Part shown: positions 55,862 to 58,733 of the stretch, in pieces | How positions within the stretch are numbered: the stretch's first letter is position 1 | Layout of the letters: each line of letters begins with the position of its first letter | NCBI GenBank assembly: GCA_036377375.1 | Contig: DASUYO010000064.1 | Location: 1 to 58,733 of the forward strand | Direction of reading: 5' to 3' | DNA length: 58,733 nt | Source: Pyrinomonadaceae bacterium | Lineage (GTDB): Bacteria; Acidobacteriota; Blastocatellia; Pyrinomonadales; Pyrinomonadaceae | Translations under genes and position numbers: made by a program | The notes under the pieces: model-generated | What the model saw: the letters and a program-made list of their open reading frames with translations, nothing else | The model's database searches: none | What the model was told of the DNA's origin: nothing

Positions 55862-56622
55862 TGTTAACTGGAAAAACAGCACTGATTACCGGTGGCGGTC
55901 GCGGCATCGGACGCGCCATCGCTCTCGCTCTTGCACGCGAAGGAGCACGCATCGCTGTCGCTGCGCGGACCGCTGAACAGGTCGAGCAGGTGGCACGAGA
56001 GATTGCTAACGGCGCGATTGCGCTCGTTTGTGATGTTGCAGACCCATCGAGCGTCACGCGAATGTTCGGCGAGTTGCACGAACGTGCCGGAGACGCTGAC
56101 ATTCTCGTCAACAATGCCGGCATCGCAGAGAGCGCGACGCTCGTCAACACCACCGATGAGCTCTGGCATCGACATCTCTCGATCAACCTCTACGGCACAT
56201 TTTATTGTACGCGAGCCGTGCTGCCCGCGATGCTGAAGAAAGGCTGGGGACGTGTGATTAATATCGCATCCATCGCCGGCAAGACGGGTGCGCCCTACAT
56301 TGCCGCCTACTCTGCATCAAAGCACGGAGTTTTGGGCCTGACGCGCTCCGTCGCGCTCGAAGTCGCCGCGGCCGGCATCACTGTCAACGCAATTTGTCCA
56401 GGTTATGTCGATACCGAGATGGTCTCGCGCGGTGTCGAACGAATCACCACGCGAACGGGACGCACTGCAGAAGAAGCGTTGGAGACGTTAAAGAAGATGA
56501 GTCCTCAGAACCGCCTCGTGACGCCTGAGGAAGTCGCCGCTGTTGCGCTGTTACTTGCTTCAGAAGAGGGCCGCGGGATCAACGGCCAGGGAATCAACAT
56601 TGACGGTGGTACAGTTTTGTAA
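55861..56622 (+). CDS. SDR family oxidoreductase (3-hydroxyacyl-CoA/3-oxoacyl reductase-like)
   Basis: TGGGRGIGRAIA cofactor motif and YSASKHG catalytic motif. Its start overlaps the upstream stop (TAATG). Confidence 0.9.
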   Translation: MLTGKTALITGGGRGIGRAIALALAREGARIAVAARTAEQVEQVAREIANGAIALVCDVADPSSVTRMFGELHERAGDADILVNNAGIAESATLVNTTDELWHRHLSINLYGTFYCTRAVLPAMLKKGWGRVINIASIAGKTGAPYIAAYSASKHGVLGLTRSVALEVAAAGITVNAICPGYVDTEMVSRGVERITTRTGRTAEEALETLKKMSPQNRLVTPEEVAAVALLLASEEGRGINGQGINIDGGTVL

Positions 56623-56626
56623 ATCA

Positions 56627-56703
56627 AGAACAAGTCAGGAAGAGGGGCTTGCCCCCGCTGGATGGGGAAAAGCGGGGGCAAGCCACCCTTCCTGACTTGT
56701 TCT
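56627..56703. terminator. long nested hairpin between convergent SDR and maf genes
   Basis: agaacaagtcaggaag-aggggcttgcccccgct-ggatggggaaa-agcgggggcaagccaccc-ttcctgacttgttct. Confidence 0.7.
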
Positions 56704-57271
56704 ATTCTTGACGCGTTAGTTCATACACCAACCGAATCGGCAACCCCATGATATTGAAGTAATCACCTTCAATCTCTTCAATAAAGAGTGACGCTTTTCC
56801 CTGTATCGCATAAGCACCAGCTTTGCCGAACGGCTCGCCCGTCGAGATATACCAATCAATTTCCCTCTTGCTCATCTCTGCGAAACGCACGCGCGTCGTC
56901 TCGTAAGCAACTCGTGTTTCGCCGCCAACTCTAACAAGAGCAACACCAGTCAGAACCTCGTGCCATTTCGCATTGAGTAAGTCCAACATTCTTCTCGCAT
57001 CTGCATGGTCAACGGGTTGGCCCAGGATCTGATTGCCAACGACGACGGTCGTGTCCGCGCCAAGCACCAATCCCTGCTCCAGGCGACTTGCAACGGCTTC
57101 TGCTTTCGAACGCGCCAGTCGCTGCACGTAAGCTGCGGCCTGTTCGTTCGGCAAAAGTGTCTCGTCGATCCCCGCTACGATGATTTCATACGGCCAACCC
57201 GCGCGCTCGAGTATTTCCGCACGCCTCGGACTGCTGGATGCCAGCACCAGTTTTTCGCGTAGATGATTCAT
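56702..57271 (-). CDS. maf: Maf family nucleoside triphosphate pyrophosphatase
   Basis: LVLASSSPRRAEIL N-terminal motif and GKAGAYAIQG. The ATG is at 57271. Confidence 0.9.
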   Translation of the reverse strand: MNHLREKLVLASSSPRRAEILERAGWPYEIIVAGIDETLLPNEQAAAYVQRLARSKAEAVASRLEQGLVLGADTTVVVGNQILGQPVDHADARRMLDLLNAKWHEVLTGVALVRVGGETRVAYETTRVRFAEMSKREIDWYISTGEPFGKAGAYAIQGKASLFIEEIEGDYFNIMGLPIRLVYELTRQE

Positions 57272-57327
57272 AGACTTGCTGCGGCAGAGTTTGCGTGTTT
57301 CAATCGGCGAGCGCAAGAGTGTAAAAC

Positions 57328-57780
57328 ATGAATCCGTGGATCAAATCGCTACCGGGAGTTCTGCGTGCCGCGCAGGGCGCTGAAGAAGTCGCCGAAGCGG
57401 CTGCGATGGCAGCGTGGAAACACGCCGCCGGTGATGGTTTGAAAGAGCACGCAGTCCCTTTAAAACTTGAAGATCGAACGTTGACAGTTGCCGTTGCTGA
57501 CGCTATCTGGCGGAAACAGTTGACGTCAATGAGATCGCAACTGATCTTTCGGGTGAATTCGATCCTCGGCCAGCCGGTGGTGAGCGCGCTTGAGTTTGTG
57601 ATAGATCCGAAGGTCGCAAGCGCACGTGCGGAGCAGTCACAATCGCAGCAACAGCCGCTCGACAACGAAGTGCCGCTTGAATTGTGGTCTGCGGCAAACG
57701 CCATTCATGACAAAGAGCTGCGAAGAAGTTTTCTCAAAACCGCTTTACTCTCATTGAAGCGCAGGACGTCGAGAGATTAG
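57328..57780 (+). CDS. DUF721 (DciA-like) domain protein
   Basis: Pattern AAWKHAAGDGLKEHAVPLKLEDRTLTVAVADAIWRKQL...IFRVNSILG is typical of DUF721. Confidence 0.7.
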   Translation: MNPWIKSLPGVLRAAQGAEEVAEAAAMAAWKHAAGDGLKEHAVPLKLEDRTLTVAVADAIWRKQLTSMRSQLIFRVNSILGQPVVSALEFVIDPKVASARAEQSQSQQQPLDNEVPLELWSAANAIHDKELRRSFLKTALLSLKRRTSRD

Positions 57781-57784
57781 AACA

Positions 57785-58081
57785 ATGCCTATCAGTCAAT
57801 CGGACATCGAGAAAGTCGCGCAGTTGGCCCATCTGGAGCTGGCGGAAGAAGAGTTGAAAACTCTTGGCTCACAAATCGCCGAGATTGTTAATTACGTCGA
57901 GCAGCTCAACGAACTCGACACTTCGAACGTCGAGCCCGCGCTCGGTGGTCTAACTCCCGAGGGCGAAAAAACCGTCTCGTCGCGTGACGACGAAATCGCA
58001 GGATCCCTGGGCCAACAGACCGCCCTCGCCGAAGCCCCCGACCCCGCGTCCGGCCACTTCCGCGTCCCGAAAGTGTTGTAG
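57785..58081 (+). CDS. gatC: Asp-tRNA(Asn)/Glu-tRNA(Gln) amidotransferase subunit C
   Basis: 98 aa with [44 protein letters not shown]. Confidence 0.93.
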   Translation: MPISQSDIEKVAQLAHLELAEEELKTLGSQIAEIVNYVEQLNELDTSNVEPALGGLTPEGEKTVSSRDDEIAGSLGQQTALAEAPDPASGHFRVPKVL

Positions 58082-58082
58082 A

Positions 58083-58113
58083 TTACCGCAAAAAGGCACA
58101 AAAGACACAAAAG
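58083..58113. repeat. family A repeat, single A-rich arm filling the gatC-gatA spacer
   Basis: TAG-attaccgcaaaaaggcacaaaagacacaaaag-ATG. Confidence 0.85.
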
Positions 58114-58733
58114 ATGTCGCGTCAAACCGTTGAGTTTTCAATTAATGCGGCTGAGAAGCTGAATGAGACGCTGAATGCGTTCCTCGAGATTGATCGGGAG
58201 GGGGCGTTGCGGCGCGCGGAGGAGATCGAGAAGGGTGGTAATGCGGGGGCGCTCGCCGGTATTCCGATCGCGATCAAGGACAATATCTGTGTGAAGGGTC
58301 TTCAGACCTCATGCGGATCGAAGATTCTCGGTGACTATCATCCGCCGTACAACGCCACCGTTATCGATCGTCTATTGAAAGCTGGGGCAGTGATTATCGG
58401 CAAAACGAATTGCGACGAGTTTGCGATGGGCTCATCGAATGAAAACTCCGCTTTTGGACCAGTGCGAAATCCGTGGGACACGACGCGAGTCTCCGGAGGT
58501 TCTTCCGGAGGCTCAGCAACTGCTGTGGCCGCCGGCATTGTTCCCCTCGCACTCGGTTCCGACACGGGTGGCTCGGTTCGCCAACCGGCATCGCTGTGCG
58601 GAGTTGTCGGCTTGAAACCTACCTATGGTCGCAACTCGCGTTATGGCCTCGTCGCCTTCGCCTCATCGTTGGACCAGATTGGTGTTTTTGCGCGCGAAGT
58701 CGAAGACGTGGCGCGCGTGCTGGGAGTGATCGC
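58114..58733 (+). CDS. gatA: Asp-tRNA(Asn)/Glu-tRNA(Gln) amidotransferase subunit A, partial (runs off the window)
   Basis: My own translation from the ATG at 58114: [30 protein letters not shown]...[24 protein letters not shown]...[29 protein letters not shown], the amidase signature. It is not in the ORF track because there is no stop within the window. Confidence 0.9.
   Translation, partial: MSRQTVEFSINAAEKLNETLNAFLEIDREGALRRAEEIEKGGNAGALAGIPIAIKDNICVKGLQTSCGSKILGDYHPPYNATVIDRLLKAGAVIIGKTNCDEFAMGSSNENSAFGPVRNPWDTTRVSGGSSGGSATAVAAGIVPLALGSDTGGSVRQPASLCGVVGLKPTYGRNSRYGLVAFASSLDQIGVFAREVEDVARVLGVI

Noticed and set aside
48870-56703. A genomic island integrated at tRNA-Sec carrying the toxin-antitoxin pair and the box cluster.
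   Set aside because: The toxin-antitoxin and box genes lie on the 5-prime side of the tRNA, not at its 3-prime end. There is no integrase, I could find no direct repeat of the tRNA end near 56.6 kb, and I see no obvious composition shift by eye.
1-58733. A defence system, prophage, transposon or biosynthetic gene cluster.
   Set aside because: Every ORF of substantial size is accounted for by housekeeping, transport, peptidase or catabolic families, or by secreted hypotheticals. I saw no nuclease/helicase/ATPase defence combinations, phage structural genes, transposases, integrases, or PKS/NRPS genes.

Overview
This is a gene-dense 58.7-kb chromosomal window with about 55 protein genes and one tRNA. 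It has moderately high GC, and many start codons lack a Shine-Dalgarno sequence. Gene content (bacillithiol genes, very large secreted M14 and M28 peptidases) suggests an Acidobacteriota-like soil bacterium, but this lineage call is low confidence. The coding content is mostly housekeeping and metabolic. It includes nth, an ABC-2 exporter, a YdeP-MsrC-pirin-MFS operon, an M14 peptidase, an aryl-CoA ligase plus hotdog thioesterase, hemB, an aminotransferase and an APC permease. It also includes a GT39 glycosyltransferase, a GH5 hydrolase, selB, bshA, nfu, two tandem paralogous secreted proteins, bshB1 and a TetR-MFP-RND-TolC efflux operon. Further genes are a YqjD/YqjE-like membrane stress cluster, a TPR protein, an M28 peptidase, topA, a frameshifted dprA, tRNA-Sec and a HigB/HigA-like toxin-antitoxin pair. 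The window ends with an aerobic benzoyl-CoA (box) cluster (boxC, boxB, tetR, a methyltransferase, two crotonases, an SDR), then maf, a DUF721 gene and gatC-gatA. I found no transposase, integrase, CRISPR array or recognisable defence system. The most unusual signal is non-coding. Nearly every intergenic gap holds one of four families of palindromic repeats built from tandem 9-10 nt units or a GC-rich nested palindrome. These repeats often supply the stop codon and last residues of flanking genes, or sit directly against start codons. Other points worth a second look are listed here.
- dprA has a one-base frameshift.
- A perfect 32-bp tandem duplication rewrites the C-terminus of the toxin.
- selB is orphaned from other sel genes and tightly coupled to bshA, with selC 24 kb away.
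- The box cluster lacks boxA and boxD and is preceded by a perfect PaaR-type palindrome.
- A collagen-like Gly-X-Y tract sits on a DUF883 protein.
- A histone-like basic tail sits on free-Met-R-sulfoxide reductase.
- A small zinc-ribbon ORF falls below the ORF-track length cutoff.
All calls come from reading the sequence and translations by eye. No searches or folding programs were run.
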